In this document: positions 47,240-57,963 of the stretch, in pieces
Layout of the letters: every line of letters begins with the position of its first letter
Position numbering within the stretch: position 1 is the first letter of the stretch
NCBI GenBank assembly: GCA_963677895.2
Contig: CAXXGJ010000018.1
Location: forward strand, 1-64,000
Reading direction: 5' to 3'
DNA length: 64,000 nt
From: Treponemataceae bacterium
Lineage (GTDB): Bacteria; Spirochaetota; Spirochaetia; Treponematales; Rectinemataceae
Program-made: the position numbers and the translations under genes
The notes under the pieces: generated by a model
The model's input: the letters and a program-made list of their open reading frames with translations, nothing else
Database searches by the model: none
Told to the model about the DNA's origin: nothing

Positions 47240-48493
47240 GTGCCATTGGCTTTACACGACCGTGTCCTTCGTCGATTCGTCGCGGCGACTATCATGTTGT
47301 TCCTGGTTTTTGGAATTCTTGCCGATGGGCCACGTTCGTGTTTGGAAGGTTTTCTGCGCCTTCAGGTCAGTCCCACCCGCCTCATGAGCGATTTTACCGC
47401 CATGGAAGGGACCGGCGCGGCTTTTGTCAACGCCGCGTGCGTTGGATTGGTGGGCCTGCTCATCCTGAGAATAAACAGAATTTCGCTTTCCGGACCTACC
47501 GTGGCGGCGATTTTCACCATGATCGGCTTCGCTTTATTCGGAAAGACACTGCTCAACTGCATTCCCATAATCATCGGCGTCAGCCTCGCCGCCATCATCG
47601 TCGGGAAACAGCCCAGGGAATATACCCTGATCGCGATGTTCGGAACGGCCTTGGGTCCCATCGTCAGCTATGTGGCCTTCGAGATGGGGCTTCCCCTCGC
47701 GTTCGCGCTTCCCGCATCGATGCTCATAGGCGTATTCACGGGCATCCTGCTTCCCCCGCTGGCCCTGACCATGCTGCATCTCCATCAGGGATACAATCTC
47801 TATAACGTCGGGCTGACGGCTGGCTTCATCGGGCTTTTTGCCGCGTCCATACCGAACGCCGGCGGACGCGACATCTCGACGATCACGGAATGGGGGCTGG
47901 CTTCCGATCCATGGCTGATTCTCATCATTCCCCTGCTGAGCGTTTTCGCCATCGCGGCAGCCTTCGTATGCTGTGGCGGCAAATCCTGGAAGGAATTCCT
48001 GGCCATCCAGAAGCTGCCTGGGCGTCTGCCCTCCGATTTCTGCGACCTGGAAGGACCGGGAGGAGCCCTGCTGAACGCCGGCATCCTCGGCCTCATGTAT
48101 AGCGCTTACATAGCCATCATCGGCGCTCCCTTCAATGGTCCCGTCATTGGCGGGCTCATGACGGTTGTGGGGTTCGGCTTCTTCGGCAAAAATCCCAGGA
48201 ATGTCTATCCCATCTTTATCGGCCTTCTTCTCGCGGCCTTGCTGTTCGGCAAGGATCTGACCGAATCCTGGGTCGTGCTGGCCTTTCTCTTCGGAACGGC
48301 GCTGGCGCCGCTCGCGGGAGAATTCGGCCTTTTCGTGGGTATGGCAGCGGGCTTCCTTCATCTTGTGATCGTCGAGCGTTCGGGTACCTGGCATGGCGGC
48401 ATGAACCTTTACAATAATGGATTTGCCGGCGGCCTCACGGCGACGCTGATCGTCGCGGTCATCGAGTGGTACAAGACCAATGTTCAGCGATAA
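47240..48493 (+). CDS. DUF1576-like membrane protein
   Basis: Internal duplication (SDF...FGK..N..PI...FGTAL.P) with GYNLYN.G..AG and GMNLYNNGFAGG. Confidence 0.75.
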   Translation: MPLALHDRVLRRFVAATIMLFLVFGILADGPRSCLEGFLRLQVSPTRLMSDFTAMEGTGAAFVNAACVGLVGLLILRINRISLSGPTVAAIFTMIGFALFGKTLLNCIPIIIGVSLAAIIVGKQPREYTLIAMFGTALGPIVSYVAFEMGLPLAFALPASMLIGVFTGILLPPLALTMLHLHQGYNLYNVGLTAGFIGLFAASIPNAGGRDISTITEWGLASDPWLILIIPLLSVFAIAAAFVCCGGKSWKEFLAIQKLPGRLPSDFCDLEGPGGALLNAGILGLMYSAYIAIIGAPFNGPVIGGLMTVVGFGFFGKNPRNVYPIFIGLLLAALLFGKDLTESWVVLAFLFGTALAPLAGEFGLFVGMAAGFLHLVIVERSGTWHGGMNLYNNGFAGGLTATLIVAVIEWYKTNVQR

Positions 48494-48517
48494 AGCGTTC
48501 GTAAAAGGAAAATTACA

Positions 48518-48925
48518 ATGAAGCGGAGAGATTTTCTCGTGCATCTCATCAGCGAAGTTTCGAGCTTCATCCTCCAGGAACAGCCGCGCAAAATGGTCAT
48601 TTCCCTGCATCAGGAAACCGACGGCATCCATCTCGCGGTGATAGACGACAGGCAACGCAGCGACGCGGAAGTCAAGGAAATCGAACGTTCGCTCAACGCC
48701 GCCAAAAGGCCGGAACTGGCCGGCTATTATGGGGAAATGGCGGGCCACGATCTTCTCGGCAGCGCCCGTCTCAATCTCGTCGGCTGGCAGATAAAGCATG
48801 CCGACGTGATGAGAACGCCCGAAGGCGGCGTCATGCTCAACATGTGGATCGGGGGCGAGGGATTCGAATACAAGAAGTTCACGCTGGATTCCGGAAAGTC
48901 GAACGGGGGCGGAAAAGAGAAATGA
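48518..48925 (+). CDS. Hypothetical protein
   Basis: Clean ORF with an RBS, directly after the DUF1576-like gene. Confidence 0.65.
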   Translation: MKRRDFLVHLISEVSSFILQEQPRKMVISLHQETDGIHLAVIDDRQRSDAEVKEIERSLNAAKRPELAGYYGEMAGHDLLGSARLNLVGWQIKHADVMRTPEGGVMLNMWIGGEGFEYKKFTLDSGKSNGGGKEK

Positions 48926-48968
48926 CGGCGGTGTTGCCTGCCCGCGGGTAAGTCGCTATAGTCAACGC

Positions 48969-50453
48969 ATGGCTGCGAGCATTTTATGGTACGATCTGGA
49001 GACGTTCGGCATCGATCCCCGGCATGACAGGATCGCGCAGTTCGCGTGCATCCGAACGGATGAAAACCTCGAGGAAATCGATGAGCCGGTAAAGCTCTAC
49101 TGCAAGCCATCGCTCGATTACCTGCCTTCTCCGGCGGCATGCAAGGTTCACGGCATCACGCCGCAGACGGCTTTCGAACTTGGGTTGAACGAGTACGATC
49201 TGTCGCTTCGCCTGCTGGATGAATTTTCCCGTCCGGGCACGACGGTGGCGGGCTACAATTCCATCAATTTCGACGATGAATTCATCCGATTCCTCTTCTA
49301 CAGAAATCTTCTCGACCCTTACGCGCGCGAGTACGCGAACGGTAATTCCCGCTGGGACATCATCAACCTGGTGAGGGCCGCCCACGACCTGCGTCCCGAC
49401 GGCATCGTCTGGCCCAAGGATAAGGACGGAACGCCCCTCTTCAAGCTGGAGGTGCTGGCCAAGGCCAACGGGCTCGTACACGCCTCGGCACACGACGCGT
49501 TGAGCGATATCCGCGCGACGATTTCGCTCGCCAGGCTTGTCAAGACAAAACAGGAAAAGCTCTATGCCTGGTATTTCTCGCACCGCAAGCGGGAGAGCCT
49601 TAAGCCGCTTATAAACCTGCCCGCGCGCAGGATGCTACTCCATACGTCTGCGGAATATACCTCGGTGCGGGACTGCACGACGCTGGTGGCGCCGGTGGGC
49701 ATCGATCCGGCCAACAGGAATCAGGTTATCGCCATCGATCTGCGCTTCGATCCCGGCGAACTGGTTTCCCTTTCCGTGGAGGCGATCAGGCAGCGCGTCT
49801 TCGCGAAGGCGGGCGAGCGTACCGAGCCCAGAATTCCTCTTTCGAGGATACTCCTCAATCATTGCCCCTTCCTGGCTCCTTCCGGCACGCTCTCAAAGGA
49901 AGCGGGCGAAAGCCTGGGGCTGGACAAGGACCTGTGCGGGAAGCGGCTCGCCTTCATCAACGACAACCCGGGGCTCGTTCAGAAGCTCACCGCCGTATTC
50001 GACGAACCCATGCCTCCTCCCGCCACCGACGATCCCGACGTCTGCCTCTATTCGGGCGGCTTCATGCCCAACGCCGACAGGGATAAGTTGACCAAATTCC
50101 ATATGATGCTGGCGGTAAAGCGGATCACGCCCGATGGCTTGAAAGCCGCCAAATCGTCGCTGTTGAAGATGAAGTTCGTCGACGACAGAATACCGCGCCT
50201 CGCCCATAGGCTTTTCGCGAGAAACTTTCCCGAAACCTTGGGCGACGCCGAACGTTTGAAATGGCGAGACTTCTGCGCCGGCAGGATTCAGCTTCCCGCG
50301 AGGGAGGGGACGGTGGAGCTTGCCGACTATGCCAGGCTCGTGGAAACCGAGCTGGCCGATCCCGAGCTTTCCGCGCCGAAGCGGGCGATCATCCATGCCC
50401 TCCTCGAATGGAAAAAGCATATCGAGGAAGAAGTGCTATCCTGGGGGGGCTGA
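48969..50453 (+). CDS. sbcB: Exodeoxyribonuclease I
   Basis: WYDLETFG, DR.AQFA.IRTD, GYNSI.FDDE, RWDII, HDALSD, LYSGGF. Confidence 0.9.
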   Translation: MAASILWYDLETFGIDPRHDRIAQFACIRTDENLEEIDEPVKLYCKPSLDYLPSPAACKVHGITPQTAFELGLNEYDLSLRLLDEFSRPGTTVAGYNSINFDDEFIRFLFYRNLLDPYAREYANGNSRWDIINLVRAAHDLRPDGIVWPKDKDGTPLFKLEVLAKANGLVHASAHDALSDIRATISLARLVKTKQEKLYAWYFSHRKRESLKPLINLPARRMLLHTSAEYTSVRDCTTLVAPVGIDPANRNQVIAIDLRFDPGELVSLSVEAIRQRVFAKAGERTEPRIPLSRILLNHCPFLAPSGTLSKEAGESLGLDKDLCGKRLAFINDNPGLVQKLTAVFDEPMPPPATDDPDVCLYSGGFMPNADRDKLTKFHMMLAVKRITPDGLKAAKSSLLKMKFVDDRIPRLAHRLFARNFPETLGDAERLKWRDFCAGRIQLPAREGTVELADYARLVETELADPELSAPKRAIIHALLEWKKHIEEEVLSWGG

Positions 50454-50538
50454 AGGCGAGAAATCGGCCGCGGCCGTATGGTTTTCCGAATTATCGCGCT
50501 ATTGTTATCGTGGGGTTTTATGCCCCAGGCGGTATATC

Positions 50539-51049
50539 ATGAAGAAACGAGGGTTTTCGTTCAGCGTTGCGCTGATAGCATTCATCTCTCTTGGAGCCGT
50601 GACGCTTCATGCCGAGGCAGGAGCGGCGGCACCCGGCGCGAAGTCCACCCCCCATAGCGATGACGGTCCAGGTGACCAGGAGCCAGATAAGGGAGTCTCC
50701 TTCCGTCATAGCCCCCATACTGGCGACCATCGTCTACAGGAATAAAGTCGTCGTGTACGAAAGCAAGGACGGCTGGGCCAAGGTTCAGGTGCCCGGCTCG
50801 ACGAGGTGCGGCTATATGTTCATGTCCGCGCTCACGGAAAGGACGATAAGCTCGACCGATGCCGGAAGGGCCGCTTCGGGCATCACCGGCAGCGAAATCG
50901 CCCTTGCCGGCAAGGGATTCAGCGAGTCGGTGGAAGAGTCTTACCGCAAGAGTTCGGGCGCTGATTATTCCTGGGTGGATGCCATGGAAGGGTACGCGTA
51001 TTCCCCCGAAACCGTGGTCGGCTTTCTGGCGGGCGCGCCGCAGCGGTGA
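50539..51049 (+). CDS. Exported SH3-domain protein, frameshifted in a C6 run (50648-50653)
   Basis: The signal peptide MKKRGFSFSVALIAF... is in one frame and the SH3b-like IRESPS...DGWAKV plus EIALAGKGF in the next. Removing one C joins them. Confidence 0.75.
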
Positions 51050-51054
51050 GATGA

Positions 51055-52057
51055 ATGAATAGGAAGGCCACGTTCGTTTTTTCCTCATCTCGCGGCAAGC
51101 GTCTTGGCTTTCTTGTGCGTTCTATCCCTGAGTTCCTGTCTGACCCTGGGGGACAGCATGGATCTGCTGACGTCACAGGCCGTCAGCCAGGGGCTTTTGA
51201 ATAATTATCAGGCTACCATGCTCAAGGTGGCGGCCAAAGCCGCCGCCGAGGCTTCCCGCCGGCTCAGCCCCGAAGAAGAGTACTTTGTGGGAAGGGCAGT
51301 GGCGGCCAGCATTTTTTCGACCTATCGTCCCTATGACTGTTACGAGCTCAACGCTTATCTCAATAAGCTGGGACAGGGACTTGCCCTGTATTCGTCGCGG
51401 CCGGAGATTTACGCCGGGTATCGTTTCATCGTTCTGGACAGCGGGGAAATCAACGCGTTCGCCTCGCCCGGAGGGCACATCCTCGTCACGAGGGGCTTGC
51501 TCGGGAAGGTCCAGAGCGAGGATGAGCTGGCGGCTGTCCTGGCCCACGAGATCGCCCATATTTCGCTGGGGCACGGCCTGGCGTCGGTACAAGGCGCCAG
51601 GATTACGCAGATCGCTTCGGAGTTCGCGATAAGCGCCGGCCATGCCTCGGGAGGGGATATCGCGGCATTCACTTCGGCCTTCGGCGATTCCATTTCCGAA
51701 TTGGCCAAGACCATCGTCATTTCCGGATATTCGCAGACCTATGAATTCCACGCCGATATCGAGGCCAGGAACATCATTGTCGCGGCCGGATACGATCCGA
51801 ACGCATTGTCGCGCCTCATCGGGCATCTGCCCGGACGAGAGGGCGGGAATGCCGCGGGGTTCGCCGTCACTCATCCGGAACCTCTCTCCCGGCAGGAAGC
51901 GTTGCGCGATTCGCCGCTCGAGCCGGGGAAGGCAGCCGCCGCGAAAAGGGCATGGCCTGTTCCCAGGGAAGAGGATGAAAGCATGAGAGCGGTGAATCTC
52001 GTCAGGGCTTCCTTCGTGCGCGCCGAACGCTTCGAGACGCTGAGAGGTTTTTTCTGA
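51055..52057 (+). CDS. M48-family metalloprotease lipoprotein
   Basis: EEYFVGRAVA, INAFASPGG, ELAAVLAHEIAH, E..AD, THP. Lipobox LSSC. ATG 51055 is joined by removing one T from the T6 run at 51077-51082; otherwise the start is TTG 51104. Confidence 0.85.
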
Positions 52058-52134
52058 AAAGCGATCGCCCCGGCAGCCGCGCTGTCCGGCGTTCCCCCGC
52101 CGAACGCGGCGGTCTTCCCGAAACCAGGCATGAG

Positions 52135-54063
52135 ATGCCCAGGCGGCTGCGCTTCGTTCTGGCGGCTCTCGCGGGGCTGCTTTTTTCGGCGCTGCTTCTG
52201 CTTTCCGGCGCCGTCAATGGAATCGACCAGACTCTTTACGACATGACTGCCCGCGAAAGCGCGAGGATCGACCGCCACGGCGACGTGAACAGCGCGGTGG
52301 AACTTATCTATATCGACCAATACAGTCTGGGCTGGGCGGAAGACAACCTGGGGATAGCCTGGCCTTGGCCCAGGGAGCTTTACGGCATAATCGCGACATT
52401 CTGCTCACAGGCGAAGGCGCAAGCCTTCGATATCATTTTCAGCGAGACATCGAGTTTCGGTCCCGGTGACGATCTGCGCTGCGCCGCGGCCATGGATGAG
52501 GCGGGCAACGTCGTCATCGCGGAAGCTCTCGATTCGCGCAGCGGCGAAAGGTTGAAGCCTCTGCCGACCGCCCAGGTGGATTTCGGCCGCGTGACGGGCA
52601 TCGTGGATAGCGACGGCATTCTTCGCCGATACGACGCAGGGGTTGGCGGCGCTGGCGGGGCTGGTGGGGCTGGTGGGGCTAGCGGCGCTGGAGGCGGTTC
52701 TGGAAGCGGCGGCGACCGGGGGACGGCTTCGCTCGGGCTTGCCCTTCTGGCCAAGGGCCGCGATAGCCCGGCAAAACTTCCATTCGGCGATGTTTATCTC
52801 CGTTTCTGGGGCGCATCGCCAACCTTGCCGGCGCGCAACGCCGCGGAAATACTCGCGAGCGCCATGAGCCTTCGGGAGGGGCGCGAGCCACAGGTTAACC
52901 CTGATGTGTACGCGGGGAAATATGTTTTTGTCGGCTTCTCGGCGCCGGGGCTCCTGGACAGGCAGGCGGTGCCGACGGATCAAGCGATGCCCGGCGCCGA
53001 GATTCACGCCACTTTCGTCGACAACGCTTTGCGGGGCCAGTTGCTTGGCACCCTGCCTATGGCGATCGAGCTGCTGCTTGTCTGCGTTTTCGCCCTGGGC
53101 GCCGCCTGGGCTTCCAATTATCTCAAGAAGCCCGCCTTCCTCACCGGCGGCGCGGCTCTTTTCGTCTTCCTTCCCGCGGCTTCCGGATTTGCCCTCTACA
53201 GAGCCGGCTATGTCGCCTCAGCGGGACTCGAGCTCTCCGCCGGGATTTTTTCCTATGCGGCGGGGATCATTCTCTCCTATGTGTCGGAGGGCAGGAACAA
53301 GGCCTTCCTGCGCCGCAGCTTTTCCCAGTACCTGGCGCCCTCCGTCATAGAAGCCCTCCTGCGGAATCCGGGGCTTCTCAAGCTCGGGGGCGAGGAACGC
53401 ACCCTGAGCGTATTTTTTTCCGACATACAGGGCTTCACCGCCTTGTCGGAGTCCATGAAGCCGGAGAAACTCGCCGCGTTCATGAACAGTTATCTCGCGA
53501 TCGTCACGGGCGAAATTCTCGCGGAGGGCGGAACGGTGGATAAATATGTCGGCGACGCGGTTGTCGCTTTCTGGAACGCCCCCCTGGACCAGGACGACCA
53601 TGCCCTCAGGGCGGTCAGGGCCGCGCTCCGCTGCCAGAAAGCCCTGGGCGAGGCGCGGGAAGTTTTCGCGGCCCTTGGGGTTCAGGTTCCCGTGACGCGG
53701 ATCGGAATACATACGGGAAAGGCCATCGTGGGCAATATGGGCTCGCCCTCGCGCTTCAACTACACGGCTTTGGGCGACGTGGTCAACACGGCCAGCAGGC
53801 TGGAAAACGCGAACAAGGCTACAGGGACGAATATCCTGGTTTCGGGCGACACGGTGAAGGCTTGTTCCGCGCTAGATGGAGCGCCCGAGGCCGGCGCCGC
53901 AACTGCCGCAGCGGCGTCCGCCGGCCTCGAATTTCGTCGTCTGGGCGAGATTCTCGTCCATGGAAAGAAAATACCGATAGAAGTCTGGGAACCGCGCAAC
54001 GCGGGAGAAAAACCCGGCGAAGCTCCGCCATGGAGCGGCGTCAAGGACTGCGGCGCTGTCTAG
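52135..54063 (+). CDS. CHASE2-domain class III adenylate/guanylate cyclase
   Basis: CHASE2 motifs (ID..SL, WPWPR, DSDGILR, PGAEIHA), three TM helices, and cyclase motifs FSDIQGFT, DKYVGD, YTALGD.VN.ASRLE. Confidence 0.92.
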   Translation: MPRRLRFVLAALAGLLFSALLLLSGAVNGIDQTLYDMTARESARIDRHGDVNSAVELIYIDQYSLGWAEDNLGIAWPWPRELYGIIATFCSQAKAQAFDIIFSETSSFGPGDDLRCAAAMDEAGNVVIAEALDSRSGERLKPLPTAQVDFGRVTGIVDSDGILRRYDAGVGGAGGAGGAGGASGAGGGSGSGGDRGTASLGLALLAKGRDSPAKLPFGDVYLRFWGASPTLPARNAAEILASAMSLREGREPQVNPDVYAGKYVFVGFSAPGLLDRQAVPTDQAMPGAEIHATFVDNALRGQLLGTLPMAIELLLVCVFALGAAWASNYLKKPAFLTGGAALFVFLPAASGFALYRAGYVASAGLELSAGIFSYAAGIILSYVSEGRNKAFLRRSFSQYLAPSVIEALLRNPGLLKLGGEERTLSVFFSDIQGFTALSESMKPEKLAAFMNSYLAIVTGEILAEGGTVDKYVGDAVVAFWNAPLDQDDHALRAVRAALRCQKALGEAREVFAALGVQVPVTRIGIHTGKAIVGNMGSPSRFNYTALGDVVNTASRLENANKATGTNILVSGDTVKACSALDGAPEAGAATAAAASAGLEFRRLGEILVHGKKIPIEVWEPRNAGEKPGEAPPWSGVKDCGAV

Positions 54064-54099
54064 GTGATTCGGCTCCAACGCCCTGAACTGCGGCGCTGT

Positions 54100-54855
54100 C
54101 TAGATACCCAGGCCGGCCAGCAGAAGGAGCAGGGCTCCGGAAGCGGCCAACGCGGCGTCCGGGCGGGAAAAATTCCGCAGGCTGATGGTCCTGTCTTCCG
54201 AATAGCCCCGAAGTTCCATCGACCTGGCCGCGGCCAAGGCTCCCTTTATGCTCATGAAGACGAAGGTCTGAAGCATGGGCAGCATCCCCGCTAGCCTGTT
54301 GCGACGGATTCCATAGCCCCGGAGTTCGGCCGCTTCCTTCACTTTCCTATAATTTTCAAACACCCGCGGTAAAAACAAAAGTGAGAGCGACACCATCATG
54401 CCCGGATCGGAGAGGACAATCGACTTGCCTTCGTTTTTTCGGAATAAACGAGCGATCCCGCGGGCCGCGACGCTGAGATAATCCCCGAGTTCTGATGCCT
54501 TCGTGCTCACGTAATAGACGCGCGCGAAGACGAATACGGCGGCCAGCCTGGCCGCGTAGAGGCCTGAGGCGGGAAGCGTTTCGGCGGCGAAAACGCGGCC
54601 GTCGCCCGGAAAGATGCCGCGCACGAGGGCGGAGAAGAGCGCGAGATAGCCTATCGCGGCGCCCGCTTTGCCCAGCCCTTTCAAGGGAATGCGCATGGCG
54701 GGCATGAGGAGAAGGCCTCCTCCGATGAGAAGGCCGAGGGGGATCGGGCTGAAGCTCATGGCCGCCATGGAGACGCATATGAGGAAGATGGCTTTGGATG
54801 CCGCCGAGAGGTTAGCGAGAGGGCTGTCCAGAGGTTCGAAGGCGAAGGGATTCAT
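54100..54855 (-). CDS. ECF transporter T component
   Basis: Hydrophobic protein with AAELRG and SMELRGY motifs, adjacent to the ATPase and bioY. Confidence 0.85.
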   Translation of the reverse strand: MNPFAFEPLDSPLANLSAASKAIFLICVSMAAMSFSPIPLGLLIGGGLLLMPAMRIPLKGLGKAGAAIGYLALFSALVRGIFPGDGRVFAAETLPASGLYAARLAAVFVFARVYYVSTKASELGDYLSVAARGIARLFRKNEGKSIVLSDPGMMVSLSLLFLPRVFENYRKVKEAAELRGYGIRRNRLAGMLPMLQTFVFMSIKGALAAARSMELRGYSEDRTISLRNFSRPDAALAASGALLLLLAGLGI

Positions 54856-55601
54856 GGCTGGGGGTATGTCCAGGGGAAGTGGCCCTCGAAGGGGCAGGCG
54901 AGACCGTGCGCGGCGAAAAGCTCGGGCGCGGCGGCTGAAGGTTTGCCGTCGAAACAAATCCGGCCCTTGTCGAGAATGATGAGCCTGTGGGCCAGGAAAA
55001 GAATCTTTTCCAGTTCATGTGTCACGATGATGAGGGTGATGCCGCTTTTCTCAAGCTCGCCGCAAATCCTGACGATATCGTTCACGGATTCCAGGTCCAG
55101 GTTGGCGAAGGGTTCGTCGAGAATGAGGCAGTCGGGCCGCATGGCCAGGACGCCGGCGATGGCCAGCCTGCGTTTTTCTCCGCCCGAAAGGGTTTCGGGG
55201 CGGCGTTCTTCGGCGCCCGACAATTTGGCCTCGGCCAGCGCTTCTTTCGTCCTCGTCCTAATTTCGGAAGGGGAAAGCTTCAGGTTGGATGGGCCGAACG
55301 CGACGTCCTCGGCTACGGTCTGGCCCAGTATCTGGGAGTCAGTATCCTGGAACACGAAGCCCACCGAGCGGCGCAGGGCTTTGACATCGCCGCGCAGGTC
55401 GGCGCCGCGGAAGAGGACCTTTCCCTTCGTCGGTGTCGAGATGCCCACGAGATGACGGGCCAGGAGGGTTTTTCCCGAGCCGTTTCTTCCGGCGATGACG
55501 ATGAATTCGCCGTCGCCGATCGAAAGATTAATGTTACTGAACGCTTCCGCCCCATCGCGGAAGCTGTGGGAGAGCCCCTCGACGCGAAAAAGCTCAGACA
55601 T
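54852..55601 (-). CDS. ECF transporter ATPase
   Basis: GRNGSGKT, VFQ, LSGGEKRR, LDEP. Confidence 0.92.
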   Translation of the reverse strand: MSELFRVEGLSHSFRDGAEAFSNINLSIGDGEFIVIAGRNGSGKTLLARHLVGISTPTKGKVLFRGADLRGDVKALRRSVGFVFQDTDSQILGQTVAEDVAFGPSNLKLSPSEIRTRTKEALAEAKLSGAEERRPETLSGGEKRRLAIAGVLAMRPDCLILDEPFANLDLESVNDIVRICGELEKSGITLIIVTHELEKILFLAHRLIILDKGRICFDGKPSAAAPELFAAHGLACPFEGHFPWTYPQP

Positions 55602-56157
55602 CGGCGTCGCGGCCCGTCAGGATTTCCATCCCGGCGAATAGTCTGGGAGCGAGCAGGGAAGCCAGCGCGATCTTGAGGACATCACCCAGGATGAAGGGAT
55701 AGAGCCCTGCCGCCAAGGCCTTTCCCCACTCGATGTTCAGGACCGATTTCAGCCAGACAATCCCGAACGCATACACAATCGTCATGCCGGCCAGGCAGGC
55801 GAAAATATTGATCGGCACTTTGCGCTTTCCTTTTATGGCGATGAAGCCCATGACGATGCTGGCCGGAATGTATCCGATGAGATAGCCGCCGGTGGGGCCG
55901 AGCAGTTTCGCGATTCCGCCCGCGCCGCCGGAAAAGACCGGCAATCCGAGAAGGCCGAAAAGCAGATAAAGGATGGTCGCGAACAGGCCCCACTTGGGAC
56001 CCAGGATGAGTGCGGCCAGCATGATGAACATATTCTGCAGGACAATAGGCACGGGGCTTCCGGGCACGGGCAGTGCTATGAAGGCGCCGATGGAAATCAG
56101 CGCCGCGAAAAGGCAGGACAGCACCGCGTTCGTCAGTTCATTGGATTTGCGATTCAT
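55594..56157 (-). CDS. bioY: Biotin transporter S component
   Basis: PVPIVLQN, GLPVFSGG, GPTGGYLIG, PFILGD. Confidence 0.92.
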   Translation of the reverse strand: MNRKSNELTNAVLSCLFAALISIGAFIALPVPGSPVPIVLQNMFIMLAALILGPKWGLFATILYLLFGLLGLPVFSGGAGGIAKLLGPTGGYLIGYIPASIVMGFIAIKGKRKVPINIFACLAGMTIVYAFGIVWLKSVLNIEWGKALAAGLYPFILGDVLKIALASLLAPRLFAGMEILTGRDADV

Positions 56158-56235
56158 TGTTGGCGAACGTACCACCATGGAGAAAACGCGTCAAGCGGAA
56201 GAATGTTGCGGGAACCGGGGGCTCCGTGGTAGCCT

Positions 56236-57918
56236 GTGATTCCGATGAGCGAAAACAATCTCCGCGTGACCTTCGTCAGCCTCAATATAAAGGAAGACCG
56301 CGGCACGCTGCCCCTTGGGGCCAGCTGCGCGGCGGCTTCCCTCCTGGCCGCGGGGCTGGCGCGCCGCGAGGATATATTCATCCTGGAAGCCTGCGTCGAC
56401 GACGGAGAAGATGAGCTGCTAAGCAGGATTGTCGAAAACCGCCCCCAGGTCGTAGGCTTTTCCCTCTACTGCTGGAATTCCACGGTGTTCGCGGCGCTGG
56501 CGGAGCGGCTGAAGGCCGATTTTCCGGAAATTCTCCTCATCGCGGGAGGACCGGACGCCGAACGTTTCGTTCCGGAGCGGCTGAAGGCGGAAGAGCCGGG
56601 GCGCGCATGCCGCTTCGACGCGCTGTTCCTGGGTGAAGCCGAGGCGAGCCTCCCTGCGTGGCTGGCGGCGGCGACGGCTCCGCTGGCGGCGGCGACGGGA
56701 GCTGCGCTGGCGGCTACGTCCGGCCCAGCCATCATCCGCGGCAAGCCCTGCGACGCGTCTTTCCTCCCTTCTCCCTGGCTGGAAGGAATTCTGGAGCCCC
56801 GGCGCGGAGGGGCCGTGGCATGGGAGCTTACAAGGGGCTGTCCCTTCCGCTGCACCTACTGCTATGAAGGCAGAGGCTTTTCCGGTCTCAGGCACTTCCC
56901 CGCCGAAAGACTGGAGAAGGAACTGGAACTATTTACGCGGAGCGGCGTCAAGGAAGTCTTCGTCCTGGATCCCACCTTCAACACGCAGGGCAAACGTGCC
57001 ATGTCGCTGCTGAGGTTCTTCGCGGAGAAGGGCGGGGATATAGACTGGTATTTCGAGATCCGCGCCGAACTTCTCGACCGGGCGCAGGCGGAAGCATTCG
57101 CCGCCATCCCCTGCTCGCTGCAGATCGGGCTCCAGAGCGTTCGTCCCGAAGTGCTGAAAAATATCGGCAGGGAGATGGACAGGAAAAAATTCGCCTCGAA
57201 AATCGGCCTTCTCAATCAAACAGGAGCCGTATTCGGCCTGGACCTCATCTATGGACTGCCGGGCGACTCGCTTTCCGGTTTTCGCGAAAGCCTCGATTTC
57301 GCCCTTTCCCTGATGCCCAACCATCTCGATATTTTCCCCCTTGCCGTCCTGCCCGGCACAACCCTCCACGGACAAAGCGGGGAATTCGCGCTCGAATTCG
57401 ACAACCAACCGCCCTACTTGGTTAAAAGCCAGCCCGGTTTTTCCGCCGGCGATATGGACGCGGCGGCCAGTCTCGCCCGCGCCTGCGGGACTTTCTATAC
57501 GAAGGGCAGGGCGGTTCCCTGGTTCCTGTCGATCCTGAAGCCCCTGCGCATGCCGCCATCGGCCTTCCTGGCCGGATTCGACACGATGGAGGAGCGGGAG
57601 AAGGCAATGCCGTCGGGGCACGCGGCGATCGAAGCCCTTCAGTGCGCGTACATTTCGCGGCTCTACGCCCGGCAGGGAAGGGATGCCCTGCTGCCCGCCG
57701 CCCTCGATCTGCTGCGCTTCCACGGGGCCTGGTCCAGAGCCTTCGCCGATGGCGAAGCGTCGCGGCTGGAGCTGACCTATCCTCTTCAGTTAGTGGAAAG
57801 CCCGGAGATGCTGGATATCGAATATTTCCGCCGACACAACGACCCTCATCCCTGCCGCGTAGCGATCATGCCGACGAAGGATGGCCCTCGCGCAAGAATT
57901 CTGTCGAAACATGAATAA
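56236..57918 (+). CDS. B12-binding domain radical SAM protein
   Basis: VGFSLYCWN, GGP, GEAE, RGCPFRCTYC, DPTFN, DLIYGLPG. Confidence 0.88.
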   Translation: MIPMSENNLRVTFVSLNIKEDRGTLPLGASCAAASLLAAGLARREDIFILEACVDDGEDELLSRIVENRPQVVGFSLYCWNSTVFAALAERLKADFPEILLIAGGPDAERFVPERLKAEEPGRACRFDALFLGEAEASLPAWLAAATAPLAAATGAALAATSGPAIIRGKPCDASFLPSPWLEGILEPRRGGAVAWELTRGCPFRCTYCYEGRGFSGLRHFPAERLEKELELFTRSGVKEVFVLDPTFNTQGKRAMSLLRFFAEKGGDIDWYFEIRAELLDRAQAEAFAAIPCSLQIGLQSVRPEVLKNIGREMDRKKFASKIGLLNQTGAVFGLDLIYGLPGDSLSGFRESLDFALSLMPNHLDIFPLAVLPGTTLHGQSGEFALEFDNQPPYLVKSQPGFSAGDMDAAASLARACGTFYTKGRAVPWFLSILKPLRMPPSAFLAGFDTMEEREKAMPSGHAAIEALQCAYISRLYARQGRDALLPAALDLLRFHGAWSRAFADGEASRLELTYPLQLVESPEMLDIEYFRRHNDPHPCRVAIMPTKDGPRARILSKHE

Positions 57919-57924
57919 ATATGC

Positions 57925-57953
57925 TTGACATGCCGTAATGGTTTCTGTATCGT
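57925..57953 (+). promoter_or_regulatory. Sigma70-type promoter of the asparagine synthetase leader
   Basis: TTGACA-17 bp-TATCGT. Confidence 0.65.
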
Positions 57954-57963
57954 GCCTGTATCT

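Noticed and set aside
37036..48799. Long antisense ORFs (e.g. 37036-37824, 38131-39024, 40305-41474, 47534-48799)
   Set aside because: They are shadows of well-supported genes in GC-rich sequence and have no motifs.
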